This document shows positions 21,983-36,008 of a stretch of DNA of 64,000 nt, piece by piece (within the stretch, counting starts at the first letter, position 1; every line of letters starts with the position of its first letter). A program made the translations under genes and the position numbers. The notes under the pieces were generated by a model. It searched no databases and was not told where the DNA came from. It saw only the letters and a program-made list of their open reading frames with translations. The DNA is from Selaginella moellendorffii (Eukaryota > Plantae > Lycopodiophyta), in contig NW_003314301.1 of the NCBI RefSeq assembly GCF_000143415.4, forward strand, positions 592,336 to 656,335. Direction: 5' to 3'.

Positions 21983-23470
21983 ATGGCGAGTGACGAAGCT
22001 GATGTTATAGCAGAAGAGACGATGAGCAGCAGACCCAGGCCGCGTTCCAGTTGTGAGTAAATTCCAAAAGTATGATCACCTGGCCGAGAAGGATCCACAA
22101 AATGATGAGAGGCCTTTAGAGGGATGAAAAGAAAGAGACCAACCAAAGAGAGACATTCCATGGAGGAACTAATCATAAGCATCAACGAGACCATTTGGCA
22201 AGAAGAACATAAAGTATGGGGTTCACAATCCAGCCACCGTGATGCCACGAATCGCGTTGATCGCTCTAGAATTCTCGACAAAACAATCACTCTCCAGAAC
22301 CGGGTGTGGACAGCGTCAAGACGCAAGTCTCGCAGAGGCCAGCAAGATATAACCTTTTTAAATTTCTACAAAAGCTCTTAGAACGAGCTCTCCCAGCTCG
22401 TTTCATTCTATTTTTTCCTATCATCCTGAATTTTTATCAACGGGATAAGTCGCCACGATCACGAGCATACTGAAAACATTTGGGGCCCCGCAGATAATCC
22501 TCGATTCCTTGAGTGGCAAGGTCTCGTTCAAGGAGTATGGCAATCAAAGATTTTTCGAGGCCCCGAGCAAGGACGAGCTCGAATCGATGAAGGCCGCAAG
22601 GAAGCCTTGCACCTGGATGGAGAAAACAAAAGACATTTTTTCTTTGGTTAGAGGCAGACCGTGTAAACAGTATATGAATCACAAACATGGTGACAAGTGA
22701 CAACTTTCTCTCAAAAAGCTTGATGAGTCTCTTTTAGCTGATTCTCATCAAATATCTGGCAGTTCCAACCCTCGCATCTTCGTTCTCGAAGTTTTCACTC
22801 CAAATTCCAAAAAATTATTTCTCTGGTGTTCACGGGGAATTTTACTGTACAGCTCAAGCTCCTGAGCTTCCAAGTTTGTTCTAATGAGCTTCTCGAAGAC
22901 CTGGTTTTTAAAACCCTTTTTCCTCACATTGACGTTAGCAAACTCTGTGGAAGGAAGAGGAAAGAAAACGACCTTAGAGCTACGGTTCCCGGTGGAGGCT
23001 TATTTTGTGGCGATTAGTAGCGATGCTTTCTTTTGTCATCTCTCTCACTATGCAGGACAAGGGATTGATGATCGCCGCGTCGTTCTATCCTTCTAGCTCT
23101 TCGTTTTTTTCCCCTTTATCCTTTTCTTTCCTGGGAAGGTGATAGAAGCTCTTGCGATTATTCCTTGCCACAAGCTCTCATCACTTGGTCGAGTGTTTTC
23201 TCTCTTGTTTTTGTTTCCTTGGATTAACACAAGACCGTGACATGCGAATAACTCCAGTGACACGTCTGTGATACGTAAAAGTCACGATCTTTACTTCACT
23301 GGAGCTCCAGCGCTCTCTCTAAAAGATTTCGCGACTTGTGATCTCGTCGAGGATGCACCAAAGCATTCGAACGAGCAAAGCTCCAAAAAACTCTTAGGTG
23401 AGATCGACAAAGAGTGCTGGAAAGAATTTGTTTTTCATTTCCCCTTTTGCTTTCTGGCTGACAGGCATTG
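21983..23470 (+). pseudogene. Unassigned degenerate or lineage-specific multi-exon gene
   Basis: ATG at 21983, GTGAGT donor at ~22053, then short exon-like purine-rich ORF pieces separated by T-rich tracts. No recognisable family and no clean full-length frame. Confidence 0.3.
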
Positions 23471-23574
23471 AAAATCGCGAGCAAAGCAACAAAGGCATCG
23501 ATTCTTTCACTGCTAGAAACCATCCAGCTTCGAAGAAGAAAGATGGCCCTCCCAGTCCCCAAGAGCCATCGATT

Positions 23575-24748
23575 CTATCCGGTTCTTCCCATGTTTCTAC
23601 GCTTCCTGTACCGATCTTCGGTCGTCAATGGACAGCTCGAGCAGTAATAGTATCTCGCGTAGCTGCTACATGACGTTTTAAAATCCTGCGAGCGTTTTCA
23701 AAGGTCAATAAGAGAGCGAGAGATTGATTGATACGAAACAATATATAAAGTCAAGGGAAGCAGCAGTAGCGCGTACCTTTCCGGCTGACATTGCTTGCCA
23801 CGAAGACAAGCTGCTGTTGCTATCTTGCTGCTGCTTTTCTTCTATTTGCTTTTGAAACTCTGCCTTCTCTTCTTCCTGGCAAGGAGAGAATGAGGATTTG
23901 CGCGCAAGGCAACAACACGAACCATTATTCTTTGTTGATCAGCAAACCAAGGTGCCAGGTTGCTTGGCAGCTTGACAATATCCTCATCAAACAGCTCCAG
24001 GAACTGCTCGTTTGCGTAATGCGCTTTGTTCCCCGCGTAGCGTCTATACTGCCAGAGAGTGCTTCCAATTCAGGACCTTTGAGTAGAAACCTGGGCTAGC
24101 CTAGTACTTGTAGAAAAACTTGCTCACCTCCTCTATAATTGATGTCAAATTCCACTTTTGTAGCCTCCTTAAGCAGCCGACAAAGGTTCCAGTTTGCTGA
24201 ATCCCGGAGCTGAGACCCAACGAAGATGAGTGATGAAGCTTAAAACCATGGAGTGTAAAGGAACTTACGAGCATGTAACCATAATAGGATACATGGAATC
24301 GTCCAAAATAATTTCCAACGCGTCCTTCATCATGTTTTCGCTCACTGGTTTCCACGAGGCGGGCTTTCCCTCTCGCGCCCCTAGATGAATCTGTTGGCAA
24401 TACCAATAAAAATCGTAAGTGATCGTCGGCCCAAAGCAAACTAACACAGGAAACAAAAGAAAAAGGCCAAGGAGAGAGAATGAAAAAAGAATGAGAATGA
24501 GAGAGAGAGAGCTTGCTTACCAAATTCACGGCTGACTGCTGGAGAAACGTCTCGATGACAGGACAAAGTGGCTCGGGAGAGAGATGCAGCAACGTCTTGA
24601 GATGGAGATTGGAGACAAAGGCGAGGCTGTGAACTTTGAGGGCGCTGGCTCTGTAAATTCCTGGCTCCACAATACCATAGTTCTCTGGAATGCTCATCAC
24701 GGCCAGCGGAGCGGCTGAAGTAGAACTGCCATTTGAGACAGCCATCAT
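23575..24748 (-). CDS. SIW14/OCA-family (Y_phosphatase2) protein, OCA4-like pseudophosphatase; multi-exon
   Basis: [91 protein letters not shown]. Confidence 0.88.
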
Positions 24749-25173
24749 ATCTGTGTGTGACCAGTTCTCCCTTTTAGAATCTCAGCGGGGATCCAACCTC
24801 GCCGGAATCCAAAAGAGGAAGATCCACTTAATCCTCTTGCCTTGCGCGAAGGTAAACGAGCGCTTACACCTGTAGAGCCTTTGTGGCGGCAGAAGACCAG
24901 GCAATCAGCGTTTTATTCGACGACGCAAAAGGGTTAAAGGGAAACCATAAAGAAAAAAAAGCAGCCATGTACCACGATCAGGAATCTGTTCCCGTTTGTA
25001 GTTTAGCTCCGCGTGGTCCCACTCGGCGGAACATCTCAGCATCACAATTGCCAGGTTCCTTATCCAGTAACACAAAACAACTTCTCCTCTGTGCCACAGA
25101 AAAGAAGATTGAATCAGGCAAAGCATCGAAAAATTTTCCAGGTGAAGGGAACCACCAGAGTTACATACCTGAC

Positions 25174-27785
25174 TTATCCAATAGAGGTCACATGAATGGA
25201 GTGATCCACAGATCCTGTAACATATGTGTCGAGATGGGGGTGCCAGTCTACTGAGGTTACTGGACCCTTGTGTTCTAGGCTTTTTAAAGCTTTTGGCCTC
25301 CCTCTGCCAAACTGCAACACGCCACCCAGTGGTTTAGATTTCGGAAGTAAAGTCTAAAGTGATGCTTACATTGATCAAAGGTGCGTATAGATTGTTTGAA
25401 GTCAGCAGCAAGCTGTTCCCATGAGAAGCCAGAGCCATTTCGTGCCGCGGCAACTTTAAGCCATCCGCACTCGTGAACCTTGACAAAATTACAAAATCAA
25501 TCACGGAAGTCATAAAGTGACATTTCTTACTTGCTTGCATCGTATGATTGAAGAACTTGGCCTTGATTATGCAAACTCCATTCGAACACCTATTGCCACA
25601 AGTTGTGTGCACGCAAGTGCAGAAGAAGAAAGATTTTACGTACCTTGCCATCTGACCCCATCGTGAAGATGCTAGTCTGGTTGGTACCAAATCTGACACA
25701 GTTTATAGCACAACCATCGTGAGCTGGCCAGCCAGTGATTGGAAGATATCCATTCATATCTGCAACGCATTAAAGAGGTAAACAACTGAATAAACCATCC
25801 ATCAGGATACCAAAGAGCCGGATCACTCCGTCATCTCCTGCAGCGGCTACCATTTTTCCGTTGTGGTTGAAGCAAATGGAGGTCACAACTGGTGGATCTT
25901 CACCAAGTGGGAGCAAATTCTGTAAAATAACAGATTATCAAGACTACCTTTAAAACACTTGCCACGATTACCCAAGCCTTCCAGTTCTTCATGTTCCAGA
26001 CTGATAAAGAACCAAATCGACGTCCAAGTTTATCTGCATTTGTGCTGATCTTGAAATATAATCACAATATCAAGCTGCGTAGACTGTTACCATTCAGCGG
26101 AAACGAAAAACGGGTCTGTAGGACTACACTTTATATCCAGAACTCTGCGTAGAACACGAAGTTTCAATATTTATCATCCATAGTACGATATATTTACCTT
26201 GGAAAAGCCTGGTTTGAAGAAAGATCACAGACAACCCGCTTAGCATCGACATTCCAAGCTTTGATACCAGCTTCTGAAGTTCCAAGCAACAGCTGCGAGA
26301 ATCATTGTGAAGATAGGCTCAATGTAAATAATCTTACCAGACGACCCGATTTATGCTCCCAATCCAGAGACATTATTTCAGCACCACAGTAGATGGTTGC
26401 ATTTCGCGACGTTGAAACACTCGAATCATACGTCCATATTCTGAGCAAGAATCCGCTTTGTTTATTTTTTTTCTTTTGTGAAGCGTTAGAGCAAAATATA
26501 CCTGACAGTCCCATCAACTGATGCACTGGCAATATTGGATCCCGTTGGAGAAAAACGACACCTGGTTATTGGACTAGTATGGCCTGAGAAGCTTTCCTGT
26601 TCACAGTCACATAGCATATGGGTTTAGTTTCCAGAGAAAAAGAAAGGAAAAACAACAGGAAAATGGACATCTCCGATGCTCACCACCATCCCACCTGAGA
26701 TCGGACAGTAACTTCCGTAAAATCTTCAAGTAAAAACACGTTCTCTGAAAATCAAAATATCAATCCAGCATGTTAAAGCTCACAATTCTAAGACGTACCA
26801 GCAGTAAGAGGTTCGAAGGCTACAGATCCAGATTCCCGAGATGTGGACAGTTCTGATGAGTTAGCCAAGTCCGATGTTTTCTCGACTGAAGAGATGTCAA
26901 TATCTCCGTCGGTCAATCTACTAGACTCCATCGACGTCGTAAGTTGATTCTTCAGAGCTCTGAAAGTGAAACAGTAAACACGAGACTATGAAGATGGCTG
27001 ACATACGCTTTAAGCATTATGATCTCTTCCTCTTTTCCCTGTAGCTCGGCTTCAAGAGAACTGCATTTCTCTCGACTTTGAGTCAACTGCTGCTTGATCT
27101 CTCTATAGTTCGAGCGCTTAGAGATGAGCTTTAGCAATGCAGGAAATCGTGAAAATCGTTAAAGAACACAGGCGCATAGAAAAAGGTACGGAGCAAAGGA
27201 TATGAATACCGTCGAAAAACTGGCAGAGAAAATTGCGAAACGAGACCATCAAAGTCTCCAGCCAGTCTTTGGAGAAATAAACTTGGAACTGAGGGTCGGA
27301 GCTTGGATCTTTCACGTAAGGAAGAGCTGCAAAGAAGAAAAGAAAGGGACCGCAAAGTGAGATATAGCTGAAGTTCCTTATCGAGAATTTTTACCAAACC
27401 ACGCTTGCCAATCGTCTCCTTCGTTCAAGAGATTGCCCCCATACTGCTTGAAGAAATCCAGCACACGATCCATTCGCCCCTTTTGCAGCGCATGAACCAA
27501 GTAGAATCTCTTCAATCCAGTGTGGAGCTTCCTCGCAGTGGCTTGGCAATGCGAATCGCCCGGCGCAAACAGCGACAAGCTCAAGAAATCCATGAGCTCG
27601 GCGAGCTTCTCGATCTGGTACCTCGGAATATAGACATCAAACACGAGCTGCATTGTCTTCTCGACCTGGTAGCCCTGCGTCACATCCGCCGCGAGATCCG
27701 CCTCGAACGCGCGAATCGTCTGCGTGAATCCACGAAACAGGAGGAATTCGCGAACCAGCCCCTCGGCATTCTTGTGCTCGTCCAT
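25174..27785 (-). CDS. WDR91: WD repeat-containing protein 91 homolog; multi-exon
   Basis: LVREFLLFRGFTQTIRAFEADL..LKRFYLVHALQKGR; FQVYFSKDWLETL..SFRNFL; C-terminal WD40 repeats ending HKGPVTSVDWHP..GSVDHSIHVTSIG*. Confidence 0.92.
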
Positions 27786-27868
27786 CCAAGAACCCTAAAC
27801 TCTTGTCCCAAGAACCCTAAACTTTAATTATAAATATGGGCCCTACGTTTAGGGTTTGTGCAAAGGAT

Positions 27869-29436
27869 ATGGAGGGTGAGAGACTGTTAACGGATTGGGA
27901 GCTGTCCCAAAGTCCATTCCCGGAGCTTCCAATTAGGGGGAGCCAACATCGCAGCCAAGTTCCAATTTGCCCTATAACTTTTCAGGTGTTGAGGCCGTGG
28001 CCTCGATTCGAGGAGGAAGCAGCAGCTATGGCACACGATCTGGATAACCAGGCACATAGAAATCAAGATCCTGCCTTGTTCATAGAGCCTTTAGACGAAC
28101 CAGGCGACGAGGTAGGAATAAGAGTTCCTTTAGAAGGATATATCTTTCCTCTGACAAACAAGTTGGCGGCAAGGCTAGGACTTGCGTTTAGATACAAGCA
28201 CAATGGAAGTGGACGGGGTTTCAGCTTTTCAGATCTCCTTATTCTCGACTCCAGCCAAGGACAGCCAGCAGGAGCTAGAAAGATGCTCTCGCAAAGGGTT
28301 TTTGGGAATGGAGGAGCAAAAGGGGTTAGTTTAGCTGGTTATACAAGCTTGGATGAGCTTTTACGTGACGATTCAGTGAAGCAAGTGATCCAGCAGCTTT
28401 ATGGCGATATGATCCTTGATGAAACCAAGTATGGCTTCATCACGGAGTACAATTCCACAGTTTTCTTCAGGCGGGTTGTAGGAACTCAGACTTTGGAGTG
28501 TTCTCCGGTGGTGAGAGTGAATGAAGCACCGATCGAGAAGTTTCTCTTTGTGCTCCACCAGGCAGAGATGGACAAGAACATGAAGCCTGATTTTTCCAGG
28601 ACAGTAGTGAAGGACACCTCTCCAGGTGATTACCACGTTCTACAGAAATTCGCAATGTCTGAAGGTTTCTCAGTAAAACGATCTTTCGAGTTTGTCACAA
28701 ACTCGAGAGATATAACACAGTCAAAACCAAAAAGACGGCTGGTATATAATCCTCAGGGTATTGTCCGAGTTGATGTCATTGACAATATGGTGGATGTCAC
28801 GGATAATATGGTTGACAACTTTGAGTTAGCCATTAATAAATTGCCAACAATCGATATGGAAGAACTGGGTGTGACAGGTGCTGTTATTGGGTTTGGAAAG
28901 TATGGTAATGTGATAGAAGGAAAGGCACCGGATGGAACAAAGCTTGCACTCAAACTCTTTGATCTGAGAGCAAACGAGGCATGGGATGCTGCATTTCAGG
29001 AATTCCGAGTGTACCGTCGCCTAAAGCCTTTGCAAGGGTTGCATGTCCCGCGTTTGATAGCATTGGGAAGAATAGCTCACACCAGTATCATCTCTCTTGT
29101 GCTCACAGATGAGGCAGGCAGCGATGTTGTGAAAGAATTGCAGGGAAGGCAAGGCATGCTTGTGAGGAGAAAAATTGTGCAAGCTTTGTCAGAGATTCAT
29201 AACCTGATGGTTTTGCACAACGATGTCAAGCTTTCAAATATCTTGTGGAGTGGAGGCGATGCCAAGTTCATAGATTTTGATGCGAGCATATTAAACCCAG
29301 ATATGTTTCCATATAAGCGTCTGGAGGAAATACAGAGCTTGGAAAACCAGCTTGACGAAGGTGAATCTTTGCTTTGTATGTGTTAATTGCTCATTCATTC
29401 AATTTTTGTTTCCTTGCAGCTATATTAGAGGCATGA
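27869..29436 (+). CDS. Restriction-endonuclease-fold + atypical protein kinase (Crinkler/CR-REase-kinase-like)
   Basis: One ~1.5-kb exon (ORF open from ATG 27836) and a probable terminal intron 29361-29419. N-half: FSDLLIL..GNGGAK..VIQQLYGDM..YGFITEYNSTVFFRR. C-half: IGFGKYG, LALK, QEFRVY, LHNDVKLSNIL, FIDFD, short C-lobe. Confidence 0.8.
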
Positions 29437-29453
29437 ATGAAACACTCACAGTT

Positions 29454-29939
29454 TTATACGTAAACAGTTGTGCCTTGGACTATGACATGGCGAGCGGACA
29501 TGGCACTAGTGACCACGTCACCGACCGCAATAGCTGGGATTGGACAGTGCCTTCGTCTCTGCCACAAAGGAAGAGCAGCACTCGATCGATCTTCTTTCGT
29601 TTTTGCACTAGAATTCGATGATAAGGACCTCAAGCTCTTGAATTTGCTTCTCCAGGCAGAGTCGCTGGACCGTATCACTGTGAAGAATTCGGCACTTCTC
29701 TCGTCGAGCTCGACCCCAGATAAATGGAAACTAAATTGATCGTCGTGGGAAGAACTTATCTCTGATCTTTGCCGTTGTTGCTGCTGCTGCTGCTGTTGCC
29801 GCTGGATTATGAAGCTAGCATTTTCTTTCACCCATCTCCTGAGCAGTTTGAGATAACAGCCATTTCTCGTGCTCTTTCCACTCTTTGTAAAGATCTGCCT
29901 CATTCTTCCTGTGAGGATCTCTAAAACCTCATACCACAT
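29454..29939 (-). CDS. Hypothetical 161-aa protein with polyQ tract
   Basis: ATG-initiated single-exon ORF preceded by a good acceptor (ttcgcag, 29949). Family not recognised. Confidence 0.45.
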   Translation of the reverse strand: MWYEVLEILTGRMRQIFTKSGKSTRNGCYLKLLRRWVKENASFIIQRQQQQQQQQRQRSEISSSHDDQFSFHLSGVELDERSAEFFTVIRSSDSAWRSKFKSLRSLSSNSSAKTKEDRSSAALPLWQRRRHCPIPAIAVGDVVTSAMSARHVIVQGTTVYV

Positions 29940-30179
29940 TGAGTACTACTGCGAAACTTAAAAAGAAAATTGTCACCTCTTTCAGAGAGAGAATTGGAGG
30001 AACAAGTCACGGTCACCTTGACTGGTGGAAGAACGTTCCTATATCACGTTGCCCACAAAGAAATTTCCACTGAAAGTTGAGTCAAGCCACGGCCTTGACG
30101 CCAGAAACTGTGGGATCATAAGAACTTGTCCAGAAACTGTGGAGAACATAAAGACTTACACTGAGGGACACTGTTCACG

Positions 30180-32121
<1,942 letters not shown>

Positions 32122-32325
32122 CTCTAGGGCTAGGGCTTTAGCAAGCAGAAAAGGTTTTGGTTCCCAGGAATCGAGCCTTGCCAGAACGAGAGCCGAATAT
32201 CCTACGAATTATTTCATTCGCGCTGTCAATGCTGCCCTCTCCAGTGCTAGCTAGAAGTAAACCGTAGCACTAGGGATTCTACGCGCGACGCGGACGACGA
32301 TCCATCGATCGCTCGGCGACCAGGT

Positions 32326-34336
32326 ATGCGAGGCCTACCGATCGCTACGATTCTCTTCTGCGTCTTCATTCTCGTGCCCCGATCGTCGTCGCAACCTCCC
32401 ACGGACAGCCTCCCCAATGTGATGTACTACAACACCATGTCTTTCTCTCCGGGCAGCGCCTTCGAGCGTAATCTCGATGCCGCGCTCCAATCGGTCATCT
32501 CCAGCTCCAGATCCAGCCCCAGCGCTGCTCTGGGAGCCAGCCCAGACGTGGCATACGCGCTGGGCGAGTGCTACAACAATCTCTCCCCGCAAGATTGCGT
32601 GTTGTGCCTTGGCATGGCGAATCGGACAATCCGTGGTCAAGCACCAAGAACGATTGGAGCGCGCCTCTTTTCCAATTCCAGCGATTATAGCTGCTACCTT
32701 CGCTACGAAAACTACGATTTTCTAGGTACGTTTTTCATCTCTTTTTCTTGGTTTTCTCTCATAGATATGTTTGTGTGGATCAGGAGGAGTTACTCCCAGA
32801 AATCCAGAGGGAACTATTGAAAATGCTCCTGCGGCTCCACTACTTCGAAACGCCGCCCAAGCAAGTAAGTGGTTTTAATTTCAAAGCAGTGAGCCTGAGA
32901 GTTTTGACTTTATTCTTCCAGGCTTTCCACTGGGCATAGTCGTGGGTGTGCTTGGAGGCGTTTTAGGTACTTTAGTCGGTATCTTCGTGTTCTTCTGCTT
33001 ACGTCGTAGGCGTTCTTTGAGGATTCGTCGAAAGTTCCATCTGGATAACTTGGATCTTCCTGGTATGAATTTGAAAGTTTTCTCTGCCCCCAAAGTTGAC
33101 ACCACTGGTTTGAAGTTATTGATGGGATAAGTAGCTTTACGTACCATGAGCTCGAGACGGCAACAAAAGGCTTCTCGGACGATAACAAGCTTGGTCGTGG
33201 TGCATTTGGAACGGTTTTTAAGGTTGTAGTGGTCATAATTTGTTACTGACTTAACATCTCTCGGTTTGCAATGCAGGGAGTGCTGAAAGACGGTAGCGAA
33301 GTTGCCGTTAAGCAGCTGGACTTGCATTCCAAACAGGGACAGCGAGAGTTTGTCAACGAGCTGTCTATTATAACGAGCATTCAGCACAAGAACCTTGCAA
33401 AACTTCGAGGTTATTGCCTTGACCGAGACGATCGAATACTAGTGTATGAATTTCTAGAGAACAAGAGCCTTGATCAGCTATTATTTGGTAAGGACTAGGC
33501 TACTTCCTTATTGGTTAGTCTCTCAATTTTGTGATTGTAGAATCGGCTACTGGAATACTTTTGGACTGGCCAACACGCTTTCAAATCGTCCTTGGTGTTG
33601 CGAATGGCCTTGCTTATCTTCACGAAGGATCCCAAAAGCAGATCATCCACCGCGACATAAAAGCAAGCAATATCCTTCTCGACCATAGACTACATCCAAA
33701 AATCTCGGACTTCGGAATCTCCAAACTCTTCAACCAAGAGAAAGGATTTACGAGCACCGTGATCGCCGGAACAATGTAAGGCCAGTTTCTTCCCATTTCT
33801 CCTCCTTATACTTCGATCGTTTTTCAGGGGCTATCTCGCTCCAGAGTATGTGCTGGGTGGATTGCTGACTGTCAAAGCCGATGTGTATAGCTTTGGAGTC
33901 CTGACGCTGGAGATTGTCAGCGGACAAAGATGCAGCGACCGAAAAGATGGCCGTCTGCTAGTTCACTCGGTAAGTTACGAGATTTATCAAAAGTTCCAAA
34001 GATCTATTGCTGTTTTATTAGGCATGGATACTTCACGAAAACTGCAGCGAACTCGAGATTGCTGACCAGAGACTAGACTTGGAACACAACTCCGAAGAAA
34101 TCTTACGAGTTATCCAAGTCGCTCTCGCTTGCACTCACGAGAACTCGGCGTCTCGTCCATCGATGGGGGACGCTGTTGCCATGCTCTCCGGCTACAAGCA
34201 AGTCATAATCGCTCCCAGATCCCATGATGTCTATCTAGATTATCTCAGCAGCAACGATACGGATAATTCTCGCTTGTTGACAACGTCCAACACATTCGGT
34301 CCGGGAACGAGTTTTAGCATTGAATCAAAGGCATAG
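32326..34336 (+). CDS. Cysteine-rich receptor-like kinase with a single DUF26 ectodomain
   Basis: Signal peptide, one DUF26 (C-X8-C-X2-C: [14 protein letters not shown]; CYLRYE), TM followed by CLRRRR, and an IRAK-type kinase ([31 protein letters not shown]). Confidence 0.92.
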
Positions 34337-34899
34337 TCGAGCGACATTTTTACGTGTAAATTAACTTGTCATAGAATGTTTTTTTAAAGGCTAATTACAA
34401 TTTTGAAAATCATATTTTGGCGGTAAAAGTTTGCTCAAATTAGATTTCCGTGCCTAGATTTGCCACTGCCGGTGCTGCTGCTTTCCGCTACGCAAGTATC
34501 TCCCGGGGCTCTTCCTCTCCAGGAAGTTTGGCTCCTCATGTCACGATTGCTCACCGCTTTCTTCAGATCACAAATCTTGCGTAAGCATCATATCTCTCGA
34601 GAGTAAGAGTTACTAAGGAGTCACAAACCTGAAGAGTATATGGACGTCTACCATGAATAGAATCCTCCTCTGCAATACTTCCAAGACCTCAAGTCAAAAA
34701 ACTATTTACCAGGACTGTCTGTGACAAAGTCGAGCTTCCTTCAGCTCTTGGACGAGATGTTAACTCTGCCTAGATGGACAACTAAGTGTAAGCTGGAAAT
34801 GTTTTTCAAAGAGCTTTTAAGTTGTTTGTGCGTATAAACATTGTAGGATTACCTTGGAGAACTGATTGAGCCGGAAGGTTTATTGGATGCTTTCGCAAG

Positions 34900-36008
34900 C
34901 TATTCCGTCGGAAAATCCGGCTGGAGCCGTGGAACCGACTGCCGCACTTCTTCCAGCTTGTGAAGCTCCTCCTTGAGCCTCCGGAGTGTTGGATATGGCG
35001 TCTGTGTGCAAAACATATAAGATTTTTTTTTTGCCTCTTGAGATGGACGAGAAGCTTACCATATCGACCTTGTAACGCTCCGCGTTGCCGATCTGTGGGA
35101 TGACAAACACATCAGCCTGGAGTGACAAGAACCAAACGAAGATCCCGTCAGTTACGAAGGACAAGTGCAAAGATTTTCTAGAATGAAAGAACATACGAGG
35201 GTGAGTGTGTCTCCAAAGCAGTATTTTCCCGATGTCTTCTTCACGATCTCCTCGAGAGCTACATGAAAGTCCAAGACACTTGTGAGTTGCGGGGTGTGAA
35301 AGCAGAAAGCTCACCGTTGAAACCAATGACAACCCAGTGTTGCGCCCACTTGAGTCTCTCCTCGTCGCCAAGTTTCTCCTTGATCATATTCTGCCAAAGA
35401 GCAAGGAAGGATTCAGCCTTGCTATGAAAAGCAGGCAAAACTTACCATAACGCGGCCTCCACTCTGCAGAGGCTGAATATTTGACGCGACGAGATTGACA
35501 ATCTTGCAAATGTAACAATCGAAACATGAGAAACAAATCGAGCTAAAACCGATAATACTTTTTACCTGGCGAATTGTCGCTCGCTGCTTCACGTTTTTAG
35601 GCAGGAGTGGCTTCTCTGGGTATTTTTCTTCCAAATACTACGTGATAGCAATTCCACAAGAGATCCCTTCCAAGAGAAGAAAAAAACAATAGCAAACCTC
35701 CACAATTGCTACAGAGTCGATCAAAAGACCATCTTCTTCGGTTTCTAGTGCAGGCACCATACCCAAGGGATTGATCTTCGAAAACTCTGAGAATCACAAG
35801 GGATTTAACCCCGAATGCCACACAAAACAAACTCTACCATCGTCGAGCCGACCATTTGCGAAACCCACAGCCTGGTACTCGTATGGAATCCCTGATCAAG
35901 TAGAAAACTGCGATCACATCCAGAGGGAGAAAGAGAAAAACCTTTCAATGCAAGCGCCAGCCTCACTCGCCAACCACAAGAGCTCCCCCAAAACGTGTAG
36001 AGCTTCAT
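34900..36008 (-). CDS. GSTZ: Glutathione S-transferase zeta / maleylacetoacetate isomerase; multi-exon
   Basis: MKLYTFWGSSCGWRVRLALALK; YLEEKYPEKPLLP; ASNIQPLQ; GKYCFGD; ADVFVIPQ; QPDFP. Confidence 0.92.
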
